Of a DNA stretch of 64,000 nt, positions 1 through 7,548 are shown in pieces. Each line of letters opens with the position of its first letter. Within the stretch, counting starts at the first letter, position 1. The stretch spans positions 14,945 to 78,944 of the forward strand of contig JASFZA010000007.1 in the NCBI GenBank assembly GCA_045046715.1. The letters run 5' to 3'. The stretch is from Candidatus Izemoplasma sp. (lineage in GTDB: Bacteria; Bacillota_I; Bacilli_A; Izemoplasmatales; Izemoplasmataceae). A program made the position numbers and the translations under genes. The notes under the pieces are model-generated. The model was not told the DNA's origin and did not search any database. It saw only the letters and a list, made by a program, of their open reading frames with translations.

Positions 1-47
1 TTGGAATTGTTCATCGATTGCTTTTTTAAATACTAAGAAATCGCTCA
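1..47 (-). CDS. N-terminal fragment of a gene continuing past the left window edge
   Basis: ATG at 47..45 on the minus strand, frame open to position 1 (MSDFLVFKKAIDEQFQ...). Confidence 0.3.
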
Positions 48-121
48 TAATATACTTTCCTCTTGTTAGTTATTTTTTTAAGTGGAGCCATTATATCTAT
101 AGTTTATGTAAAAGTAAACTA

Positions 122-556
122 TTATTTTAATCTTTTCCAATTATTAGATATTTCTGATAAATCCCTCTTTTTTAAGGTCTTTTTAGATTTCTTAAAACGT
201 AGAGATTGCAATAACTTAAAATCTGTTAAAGGCATTTCAACTTTAACAGTAACTTCTTCAAGATCCCATAGATCTTTTAAATGGCTATCTTCAAATAATT
301 CGCCTCGTGATATTAGATCTAATTTACCTCTGCTATAAGTTAAAGTGGAGTTTAAATAGCTAATATACAAACAGGCACTGACTTCATCATCTCCTAAATA
401 TGCACTAGGAATATTATCCCAAAAATAACCGGCAGAAAATAAAATGTCTTGAAGTAATCTTACAAAATCGTTTCTCGATAGTTCAGGATTTTTAGTTTTG
501 GCCATTATATAATTGTAATTATTTAATAGTTGGACTACATCTATAATTTTTCTCAT
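122..556 (-). CDS. hypothetical protein (144 aa)
   Basis: Long minus-strand ORF in a tightly packed co-directional array; no motif recognised. Confidence 0.6.
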   Translation of the reverse strand: MRKIIDVVQLLNNYNYIMAKTKNPELSRNDFVRLLQDILFSAGYFWDNIPSAYLGDDEVSACLYISYLNSTLTYSRGKLDLISRGELFEDSHLKDLWDLEEVTVKVEMPLTDFKLLQSLRFKKSKKTLKKRDLSEISNNWKRLK

Positions 557-557
557 T

Positions 558-965
558 TCATTTTCCTTTAGGGATGTAGTTTTTAATTTTCTGGTATTCT
601 TCTTTAGAAATTTTTAGGCCCCATTCTAAAATCAGATCGTTAAGATTTTTCAAAGCATATTCAGCGTCACTAGCCTTTCTTCTTCCTTCTAAATTTTCTA
701 CGTGCATAGCGTATTCTTCTTTAGTAATAAGGCCTAGTTTAACAAAACACTTAACGGTATTAAGAGAAGATTCGTCCCAAGTATTAGTATAAAATGCATT
801 TTTAATTCCTACCCGATTAGAATACAGTTTACCATCTTTAGTCATAGCAACCATTTGCCGATTAACTCTAGCAATTTTGACTACACATCTTGTTTGATTA
901 TTGTCTAATTGATGTAAACTTATGTCTTGTATTTTTTTCACAACTGATTGGTAACGTACACTCAT
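558..965 (-). CDS. hypothetical protein (135 aa)
   Basis: ORF abutting neighbours (1-nt gap downstream, 4-nt overlap upstream); no motif recognised. Confidence 0.6.
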   Translation of the reverse strand: MSVRYQSVVKKIQDISLHQLDNNQTRCVVKIARVNRQMVAMTKDGKLYSNRVGIKNAFYTNTWDESSLNTVKCFVKLGLITKEEYAMHVENLEGRRKASDAEYALKNLNDLILEWGLKISKEEYQKIKNYIPKGK

Positions 966-1153
966 AATGATTCTCTTTTATTGTTCCAGAAGTCATCACA
1001 ATCTTCAGGAATCATTTTTTCATTAAAATCATTATTGAAATATCCATCAAAATTAGCGTAAGATTGCATATACGGGTTAGCTGATGCGGTAAATCGATAA
1101 CATTGCTCTTTTTTAGGACAATTTTGTCCGTGACACATCGAAATATCTGCCAT
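962..1153 (-). CDS. small Cys-rich protein (63 aa)
   Basis: N-terminal cysteine cluster MCHGQNCPKKEQCYRF; 4-nt overlap with downstream ORF. Confidence 0.55.
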   Translation of the reverse strand: MADISMCHGQNCPKKEQCYRFTASANPYMQSYANFDGYFNNDFNEKMIPEDCDDFWNNKRESL

Positions 1154-1222
1154 TATTATTCTCCTATATTATTGTTTGTGATTCGAATAAAATTTTCTTA
1201 GAAAAGACTCGGTCAATTAAAT

Positions 1223-1408
1223 TTATATCTTTACAGAAAACCATTCTATACTGGTTGTTTTATAATTATACCATAATTTGGGTTCTACTAAATCCATATA
1301 CTTATAAAAGATCCATCCTTTGCGTATTGCATAAGTTTGGTCTTCTTTTCTATAGATTTTTTTATAGTTTTTGATGAATATCTTAAAGTCCGACATGATA
1401 GACTCCAT
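1223..1408 (-). CDS. hypothetical small protein
   Basis: ORF track; more likely start is the internal ATG at 1396 (MSDFKIF...), which reduces overlap with the upstream ORF. Confidence 0.4.
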   Translation of the reverse strand: MESIMSDFKIFIKNYKKIYRKEDQTYAIRKGWIFYKYMDLVEPKLWYNYKTTSIEWFSVKI

Positions 1409-1628
1409 TTTTAAGATCTAATTCGATTGTATCAGCTAAAAGTCTAAGATTCTTAACATGATCGTTCATTTTTTCTATAGTATCGGTTTCCAATGCCGGC
1501 TTAAGTAAAAACCGGTAACCTCGTTTTTTATTAATATAATTAGGATACATAGGATCGTATATTCCAAAGGTTGCTAGTAATTTAGTATTGCCTTTAGGAT
1601 CTTTAACAAATTCAATTCTATCATTCAT
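1383..1628 (-). CDS. hypothetical protein (81 aa)
   Basis: ORF with 4-nt overlap to upstream ORF. Confidence 0.5.
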   Translation of the reverse strand: MNDRIEFVKDPKGNTKLLATFGIYDPMYPNYINKKRGYRFLLKPALETDTIEKMNDHVKNLRLLADTIELDLKNGVYHVGL

Positions 1629-1807
1629 AGTGAGTTAAAGAGATTTTCGCGATAAATTCTATCTTCTTTAGGTTCTTTATCTAATCTGTATCCACCGGGA
1701 TCGTTAGGATTTAACGGAGGATTTTGAAGATACCCTTTAAGCCACTTAGCTTCGTCTTCAGTTAAAGATAGTTGAATAGTTGTAACGGTTTGTTTTGTGA
1801 CTTGCAT
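1625..1807 (-). CDS. hypothetical protein (60 aa)
   Basis: ORF in co-directional array. Confidence 0.45.
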   Translation of the reverse strand: MQVTKQTVTTIQLSLTEDEAKWLKGYLQNPPLNPNDPGGYRLDKEPKEDRIYRENLFNSL

Positions 1808-1831
1808 AATAATTCCACTGGTTCATAATAA

Positions 1832-2493
1832 TTATTTTTTCTTAATTCTTCTACCTTTTTCCCAACCTTTAGGAATGTTAAAAGATTTAAGCACTTTTTT
1901 ACTTTCTAAAGTATCTGTATTAAATATCCACATAGTTCCATATTGTGAATTCTTCATAGGATCTTTTAGTCTTTCTTTAGCTTTACTAGATATTAAAGCT
2001 TTAGTTGTTTTTGAATGAAATTTATTTTTAAACCCATTAACTAATCCTTTAGAATAATTTTCTTTCATACTTTTAGATAAATTTAATAAGTATGCATCCC
2101 AAGTACCATTCTTTTGTAATACTTTCTTCCTCTCTAAGCCGTGTACAAAATTAGATTTACCATTTTGACCATTTCGGCCATATACATTTAGCTTTAAAGA
2201 ATTAATAGCATCCCAACCTCCTTCTCCGCCAGTTTTCAAATTATAAGTTTCTTTATCAGAAACAAATTCTTCACTAACTAGCAAAGCTTCCATCTTAAAC
2301 ATATCTTCTAGATTTGTAAACACTTTTAGGATTTTCTTGGTAAAATTTTCTATTCCATATTTCTTCTGAGCTCTTTTTAAAATTTTACCAGAACCCATAT
2401 AACCATCTTCGATATTTTAGTCTTATGAACCCCAATGTAGAGTTTGCCATTAATATCGTTAGTTATTTGATAAACAGTGTAATATATTTTCAT
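1832..2493 (-). pseudogene. GIY-YIG homing endonuclease, interrupted by a 1-nt frameshift
   Basis: ATG at 2493 encodes MKIYYTVYQITNDINGKLYIGVHKTK (the GIY-YIG N-terminus, near-identical to intact paralog 8481..9149). The frame is then lost in an A-run near 2410-2420. The track ORF 1832..2398 continues the paralog alignment (GSGKILKRAQKKYGIENFTKKILKVF...). Confidence 0.7.
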
Positions 2494-2537
2494 ATACTAT
2501 TTATCTTAGTTCAACCCTCAAAAGGGTTAAACAAATG

Positions 2538-2610
2538 CTCTCTCGGAGGGACTTGAACCCACAACCTTTCGATTAACAGTCGACTGCTCCACCAATTGAG
2601 CTACGAGAGA
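2538..2610 (-). tRNA. tRNA-Asn (GTT)
   Basis: Cloverleaf read by hand: acceptor TCTCTCG/CGAGAGA, D stem GCTC/GAGC, anticodon loop CTGTTAA, T loop TTCAAGT; one U-U mismatch in T stem; no encoded CCA. Confidence 0.8.
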
Positions 2611-2784
2611 ATAAATTCTGGCTAACATACCGGCTTTTACGGCAGATCAATTAAGTTGTTATACGAAAGCCAGTATAACACTACTTGAGACTTCAATGAG
2701 ACTTCAATGAATTCTGTTTTTATACGTAGGGCTCATCAACCGCTACAAACAATAATTTAATTACTGTTTACCATTTATGAATGA

Positions 2785-2893
2785 TCCAAGTACGGGAATC
2801 GAACCCACTGATACATATCCCCTTCTGATAGCTTTTCCTCAAAATCGTGCTTAGCCAGCCTCCGAAGATTCGACCTTTTCTCTACTTCGCTAA
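2785..2893 (-). ncRNA. tRNA-like element (canonical T arm and D arm, no convincing anticodon arm; possible degenerate or interrupted tRNA)
   Basis: Minus strand has GTGGG-TTCGATT-CCCGT T arm, a TA-GAGA-AAAGGTCGAA-TCTT D arm and only a 5-6/7 acceptor pairing; about 110 nt overall. Confidence 0.3.
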
Positions 2894-3012
2894 CGTCAGG
2901 TTAATATAGAATACTCCAAGCTAATAATTATAACCATTACTGATTAAAAAACCAAATGGAAGCAATTTCACATCTGGGGATACAATCTAACTGCATTCCA
3001 AGGACCATATTT

Positions 3013-3088
3013 TGGTGGACCTGGCGAGACTCGAACTCGCGACATCTGATTTGCAAAACCAGCGCTCTCCCATCTGAGCTACAAGCCC
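3013..3088 (-). tRNA. tRNA-Ala (TGC)
   Basis: GGGCTTG-TA-GCTC...GAGC, anticodon loop TTTGCAA, T arm GCGAG-TTCGAGT-CTCGC, encoded CCA. Confidence 0.9.
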
Positions 3089-3211
3089 TAATCAAAAAGG
3101 GAAAGGGTGCTGACCAGAGCCTTTCCGCATATTTAAGTGTTAGAGGGGAACAGGGTTTGCCGTTTCAACTATAGCGCTATAGCTCTCACATTCGAGAATT
3201 CTCTAACTGTT

Positions 3212-3287
3212 TGGTGGTAATAGTTGGAATTGAACCAACGTGTTTCAGATTATGAGTCCGATGGAACGGCCATTGTCCTTTATTACC
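3212..3287 (-). tRNA. tRNA-Met (CAT), elongator type or Ile2 type
   Basis: Acceptor GGTAATA/TATTACC, anticodon loop CTCATAA, T arm GTTGG-TTCAATT-CCAAC, encoded CCA. Confidence 0.85.
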
Positions 3288-3394
3288 TAATTTATTTGGG
3301 CAAGTTTTTTTATTTTAATTCAGTAACCGGCCTTAAAACCCTGAATAAAGCTGTACAACTTCAATAAAATACTCCTAAAAGAGTATCTCTAATT

Positions 3395-3471
3395 TGGTAG
3401 CGGGGAACGGATTCGAACCGCTGACACTCGGGTTATGAGCCCGGTACTCTGCCAAACTGAGCTACCCCGCA
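3395..3471 (-). tRNA. tRNA-Met (CAT), initiator-like
   Basis: Anticodon loop CTCATAA closed by three consecutive G-C pairs (GGG/CCC); position 1-72 unpaired; T loop TTCGAAT; encoded CCA. Confidence 0.8.
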
Positions 3472-3593
3472 ACATTCTGTAGCTCTTGCTATTTCTAGCC
3501 TAGATATATTTAACCGCTGAACTACAACACGGACTTCATCACAATTCTTTCTCTAGAATAAGAACTATAACTTAAGAAGCTATATATTTAAGA

Positions 3594-3671
3594 TGGTGCC
3601 GATGGAGAGATTCGAACTCCCGACCATCTCCTTACAAGGGAGCCGCTCTGACCAAACTGAGCTACAAGGGC
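3594..3671 (-). tRNA. tRNA-Thr (TGT) with two adjacent acceptor-stem mismatches
   Basis: Anticodon loop CTTGTAA, T arm GGGAG-TTCGAAT-CTCTC, encoded CCA; acceptor GCCCTTG vs CATCGGC leaves C4-C69 and U5-U68 unpaired. Confidence 0.7.
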
Positions 3672-3763
3672 AATATTTCTAAAAGTTAATCAATATTTAA
3701 TTAACAAATATATTATATATCATAATCAACACATTGAACACTTTATTTAACTATTTATCTAAA

Positions 3764-4033
3764 TTATTTCGTTTTCCACAATTCATTATAATGAGCCTTA
3801 ACTAAATTATTTTCAGCTATTGTTATTAATCTCCATGCATCCGTATTAAATGTGGAAAAACAAAAATCATCAATACAACAGCGTCCTTCAAAACTTTCAT
3901 GTAATAATGAAATTCGATCGACATGTGCAAACTGTCGATGTAAAAACATATTAGGGTGAGTCTTATGTTTATATATTAATAAACCAGACGTATTTAAATA
4001 AAACGGTTGTAATTGTTTTTCATTTTGTTTCAT
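3764..4033 (-). CDS. hypothetical protein (89 aa)
   Basis: ORF starting immediately after the stop of the upstream ORF. Confidence 0.55.
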   Translation of the reverse strand: MKQNEKQLQPFYLNTSGLLIYKHKTHPNMFLHRQFAHVDRISLLHESFEGRCCIDDFCFSTFNTDAWRLITIAENNLVKAHYNELWKTK

Positions 4034-4243
4034 TTAACATTCACCTCTATATCGAGCTCTGTTATAGCCAAAACCAAATCCTAATAATAAGAATAAAGGT
4101 AGGCCTACAAATAATTGAAACATTGCCCATCCATATACTCCATGTACACTGGGATTAGCAGTTGATAATAGTAAACTAGCGACTATTACAATTAAACCTA
4201 CCTCTCTATTAAAAAAGTTTGAAACTTTATTAAATAATTTCAT
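4034..4243 (-). CDS. small membrane protein (about 69 aa)
   Basis: Track ORF 4034..4288 trimmed to internal ATG at 4243 (MKLFNK...) because the extension overlaps tRNA-Leu; two hydrophobic segments. Confidence 0.55.
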   Translation of the reverse strand: MKLFNKVSNFFNREVGLIVIVASLLLSTANPSVHGVYGWAMFQLFVGLPLFLLLGFGFGYNRARYRGEC

Positions 4244-4258
4244 AATAATTCCTATAAA

Positions 4259-4344
4259 TGGTGCGGGAGAAGGGCATCGAACCCTCATACCTTTCGGTGC
4301 TGATTTCTAAAACCAGTGCGTATACCAAGTTTCACCACTCCCGC
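4259..4344 (-). tRNA. tRNA-Leu (TAG)
   Basis: Class II tRNA: acceptor GCGGGAG/CTCCCGC, anticodon loop TTTAGAA, long variable arm, T loop TTCGATG, encoded CCA. Confidence 0.85.
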
Positions 4345-4587
4345 TTAATTCAATTTTAAAACATAATGATCATAAATATTCACTAATAAATCATAATCAA
4401 CATGTACTATATTGTGAAGATCTGCTCTACTATAACTTAGCCAATCTCCTGTTCTAATGTTTAAATACATTTCGCCTTTTTTGATACAATATCTAAAGGC
4501 TGGCACATCGTCAAAATATTGCCATTCAATTTCAATTTTCTGTATTTTAGCTTTTAAGAACCAAAACATATTTATTAAAGTTTTCAT
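4345..4587 (-). CDS. hypothetical protein (80 aa)
   Basis: ORF ending directly at the 5' end of tRNA-Leu(TAG). Confidence 0.55.
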   Translation of the reverse strand: MKTLINMFWFLKAKIQKIEIEWQYFDDVPAFRYCIKKGEMYLNIRTGDWLSYSRADLHNIVHVDYDLLVNIYDHYVLKLN

Positions 4588-4766
4588 GTATTTGACTGTG
4601 GAACTCTAAATATATCTACTTTAAATGTGGTATTGCCTCTTCGAGCGTGCAAAGCATTTACCCGATTAACTTTAAAACAATATCCCTGTTTTATTCCTTC
4701 TGCATCCAACGCTGCTTCTAATTTAGGCTTTAATTTAGCCCATGCTGCTTTATCAAAATTTTTCAT
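4584..4766 (-). CDS. hypothetical protein (60 aa)
   Basis: ATG 20 nt downstream of tRNA-Leu(TAA) CCA; 4-nt overlap with next ORF. Confidence 0.5.
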   Translation of the reverse strand: MKNFDKAAWAKLKPKLEAALDAEGIKQGYCFKVNRVNALHARRGNTTFKVDIFRVPQSNT

Positions 4767-4786
4767 AATAATCCTATTTTATTGTT

Positions 4787-4874
4787 TGGTACGCAGAGAG
4801 GGAGTCGAACCCTCAAGGCCATTACAGCCGACGAGTTTTAAGCCCGTTGTATTTACCAATTTCACCACCTGCGC
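4787..4874 (-). tRNA. tRNA-Leu (TAA)
   Basis: Class II tRNA: acceptor GCGCAGG/TCTGCGT, anticodon loop CTTAAAA, long variable arm, T arm GAGGG-TTCGACT-CCCTC, encoded CCA. Confidence 0.85.
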
Positions 4875-5320
4875 TTAATATTTTTAGCTCTAAATGTAGA
4901 AGTTTGAGAATGACAATTAGGACATAAAATTCTTAAATTTGTCATTTTATGATTTGTTCTAATACCATCTATATGATCTAATTCACATTCAATAGGCCTA
5001 GAATTCCATTCATCTATTCCACATAATTCACATTTGTTTTCTTTCAAACCTGCCTTATAAAGTCTTTGTTTTAATTTATAAGATTGGTACTGAGGATGCT
5101 TCCCTTCTAAAATATCTTCTAATAAGTATTTAACTCCATTAAAAGGTTTAGTAGAACCTCTACCTCCTTTATTTCCCTTATAAATAATATTCATTTTAAT
5201 AAGGTAACTTTCTAGAGTTCCAGGTTGACACTCTAATTTACTACATATCAAAGTTTTTGACATTCTTTCTTTAATCCAACCTAATATTTCAGGCTTACGA
5301 TCTAATATATCTTTTCTCAT
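4862..5320 (-). CDS. HNH homing endonuclease
   Basis: CELCG...ECELDHIDGIRTNHKMTNLRILCPNCH (Cys4 plus H-N-H); last 13 nt of the ORF lie inside tRNA-Leu(TAA). Confidence 0.8.
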   Translation of the reverse strand: MRKDILDRKPEILGWIKERMSKTLICSKLECQPGTLESYLIKMNIIYKGNKGGRGSTKPFNGVKYLLEDILEGKHPQYQSYKLKQRLYKAGLKENKCELCGIDEWNSRPIECELDHIDGIRTNHKMTNLRILCPNCHSQTSTFRAKNIKRRW

Positions 5321-5571
5321 ATTTAAATTATTATACTCTTAAGATATATTTATCTAACGTATAATAAAAATGCAGAATGAAATTAGCCAGTGGGTCTATC
5401 CCGATAGGCCAATCTCACCCTACTACATGGCATTTCACCCAATTAGGAACCTTTGTATATTCTCTAGCTAAGAGGTTATGATGCTATCATACCTACGTCC
5501 GGTTCGCGACTCTCGTTTCTAGAAATGCATAACATTTCCGTAACTCTTTCTTCAACATGGAAGATGAGATT

Positions 5572-5668
5572 TGGCGGAGAAAGAGAGATTCGAACTCTCA
5601 CACCCTTTCAAGGATCGGCGGTTTTCAAGACCGTTGCCAGTACCCTAAATCTTTTGGCTTACTTCTCC
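5572..5668 (-). tRNA. tRNA-Ser (TGA)
   Basis: Acceptor GGAGAAG/TTTCTCC, anticodon loop CTTGAAA, 5-bp variable-arm stem (ATCCT/AGGGT), T arm GAGAG-TTCGAAT-CTCTC, encoded CCA; D loop unusually long (about 17 nt). Confidence 0.75.
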
Positions 5669-5962
5669 TTATCTTTGTAATTGTATAGATTTTTCATAGC
5701 TAAATAGCTTTTCAAATCATATCCTAATTGTTTAAGATAATGTTTATTGGTTGTATTATATATCAAAACTCTCGTTTCGGATATAACTTTATCAATATTA
5801 TTCTTATTTATATTTTCTACACTTTTCTCATAATTGTATTCCTATGATTGAGCTCTGTTTCTTTAAGGAGTAGAACAGAGCAATGAAAAGATCTCTAAGT
5901 TGTATTATACGTTCATTTAATACAAATGTACATTAATAATGAACATTTAAGTAGAATGAACA

Positions 5963-6454
5963 CTATTTATTTAAGTGTTCTATGACTTCCTCTTTAAATT
6001 CAATTTTAAAGCTAGGTAACTTAATAGTTTTTAACTTTAAGTCCTCAGGCGGCTTATACGCTAAGCTAATGTGCTGTATATAATCTGGGAACTTATTTTT
6101 ATAACCATGTGCTTTAACATAATGATCGAATCGTTCTTTAAGAATTTTAGATTTGATAGTTAAAACTACCGCTCTCCATTCTGTATCTTTCTCGCCTAAA
6201 TATTTAATTCCTACAATAGATCCTTTTTCTTTAACCTTAATAGGAGATTTACCTGGATCTAGATCTAAAGTTTCAATAGAATATACAATAGTTGCATGGA
6301 AGTCTTTAATAGGATCTAGCCCTAAAGATTCAGCATATTCTTTTAAGTTCTTATTAGTTTTAGCAGAGAACTTAGCACTAACATACGTGCCCTTTTCGTG
6401 TTCTTCATTTAAAAATTGTTCAAAATCCATCATCTTTCGCGATCCATCCACCAT
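5963..6454 (-). CDS. 2H phosphoesterase superfamily protein (LigT / Acb1-like)
   Basis: Two H-x-T/S motifs with appropriate spacing: FHATIVYS and QHISLAYK; size (about 155-163 aa) as for phage Acb1/LigT-type enzymes; start may be the MMDFEQ methionines. Confidence 0.55.
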   Translation of the reverse strand: MVDGSRKMMDFEQFLNEEHEKGTYVSAKFSAKTNKNLKEYAESLGLDPIKDFHATIVYSIETLDLDPGKSPIKVKEKGSIVGIKYLGEKDTEWRAVVLTIKSKILKERFDHYVKAHGYKNKFPDYIQHISLAYKPPEDLKLKTIKLPSFKIEFKEEVIEHLNK

Positions 6455-6512
6455 GTGTATGTTACTCTACAGACTAAATAAATTATAAAGATCGTTACTA
6501 CAGTTCCAAAGT

Positions 6513-6920
6513 TCATATTTTATTCTGTCCTTCTACATCTCTTTTAATTCTATCTTGCTTTCTTTTATTTAACCACATACCAGCTTCTTCAAGATGGGTA
6601 ATAGCGCAAGCATTTTCTTTGCAAGGATAATTAGCATTCAAGCCTAATAAAATTTGTTTAGCGGCTTCAATAATTTCATCGACTTGACAACCATTAATCC
6701 CATTTTCTTTGATAGGACCGTTTTGTAAAGTAAATGATAAAGAATTTACATCGTGTCTAACGTAGATGAAATTATGAGGCCTAATCTTTTCCTCAAACCA
6801 TTGATAATCCATTCTTCCATTTTCTTCGAATTTTTCCGGATGAGTAACTTTTAATTTGCCCATATCCACTAAAGAGAAGTCATTGATTTTTGTAATATTT
6901 TTTAAAGTTTCTAATGCCAT
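6513..6920 (-). CDS. hypothetical protein (135 aa)
   Basis: ORF preceded by a TATAAATA element; no family assigned. Confidence 0.6.
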   Translation of the reverse strand: MALETLKNITKINDFSLVDMGKLKVTHPEKFEENGRMDYQWFEEKIRPHNFIYVRHDVNSLSFTLQNGPIKENGINGCQVDEIIEAAKQILLGLNANYPCKENACAITHLEEAGMWLNKRKQDRIKRDVEGQNKI

Positions 6921-6950
6921 TGGTGGGTTCCGTTAATTGTTTAGATATGA

Positions 6951-6958
6951 TATTTATA
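6951..6958 (-). promoter_or_regulatory. T4-type late promoter TATAAATA
   Basis: Exact TATAAATA on the minus strand about 30 nt upstream of the ATG at 6920; gp55 late sigma is encoded in the window. Confidence 0.4.
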
Positions 6959-6974
6959 TGCTAATAAATAATGT

Positions 6975-7295
6975 ATGGATGTACATCAAAAAGATATTAA
7001 ACAACTTTACAATCATTTAAAGGGTTCTGCTAAGAAAAGAGGGATAGAATTTCTATTAGCTCCTTCTCATTTGTATGAACTAACATTTCCTATTACTTGT
7101 CCAGTACTTGGGATGCCTTTAACTTTTAATTCTCGTAGACCGCAAGATAATAGTTACTCTATAGATCGTATAGATAGCGCTCTAGGCTATAGGGAAGATA
7201 ATATTGTAGTAATCAGTTATAGAGCTAATAGAATCAAATCTGACGCAACCCTAGACGAATTAAAGAGCCTTGTTGAGTTCTTTTCTATGTTGTAG
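6975..7295 (+). CDS. HNH / His-Me finger endonuclease (small free-standing type)
   Basis: CPVLGMPL...YSIDRIDSALGYREDNIVVISYRANRIKSD; the only plus-strand gene in this minus-strand island. Confidence 0.6.
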   Translation: MDVHQKDIKQLYNHLKGSAKKRGIEFLLAPSHLYELTFPITCPVLGMPLTFNSRRPQDNSYSIDRIDSALGYREDNIVVISYRANRIKSDATLDELKSLVEFFSML

Positions 7296-7548
7296 GTTCA
7301 TTAGTTTCAAAACTGCTATATACAATTCTCAATTCTGCAGAAGAGGTCCTTTTCATAGGATGAACTCCGACTAATTCGCTAGCAATAGTAGATGGATAGC
7401 ATCTTCTTATTCTCCCCATTATTAAAGGAGCCATATTATTAGGTTTAGGGAAATCTATAGGTGAAGCCTTACCTTTTAAAATAATAGTAGGAGCCATTAA
7501 TACTCCGGCTCCTACTCCGAATACTTTTAAAAATTTACGTCTATTCAT
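7285..7548 (-). CDS. small protein with consensus twin-arginine signal and a gp23 (major capsid) Gol-region-like motif
   Basis: N-terminus MNRRKFLKVFGVGAGVLMAPTIIL = (S/T)RRxFLK plus h-region; C-terminal half IMGRIRRCYPSTIASELVGVHPM...LRIVYS aligns with T4 gp23 VMGMVRRAIPNLIAFDICGVQPM...LRAVYG. Confidence 0.55.
   Translation of the reverse strand: MNRRKFLKVFGVGAGVLMAPTIILKGKASPIDFPKPNNMAPLIMGRIRRCYPSTIASELVGVHPMKRTSSAELRIVYSSFETNEPTT

Noticed and set aside
2956-3174. 72-aa plus-strand ORF
   Set aside because: It overlaps the complement of tRNA-Ala (3013..3088) and the palindromic spacer. The open frame is better explained by G+C-rich RNA sequence.
4244-4288. N-terminal extension of ORF 4034..4288 (MRVRCPSPAPFIGII)
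   Set aside because: The extension is the reverse complement of the tRNA-Leu(TAG) 3' half. The internal ATG at 4243 fits the recurrent 'tRNA - about 15 nt - ATG' pattern.
5669-5962. 62-codon open frame (..VLIYNTTNKHYLKQLGYDLKSYLAMKNLYNYKDKEK) upstream of tRNA-Ser
   Set aside because: It has no canonical start near its 5' end, and its last codons and stop lie inside the tRNA-Ser acceptor/D region. It is possibly a gene remnant and is not called.
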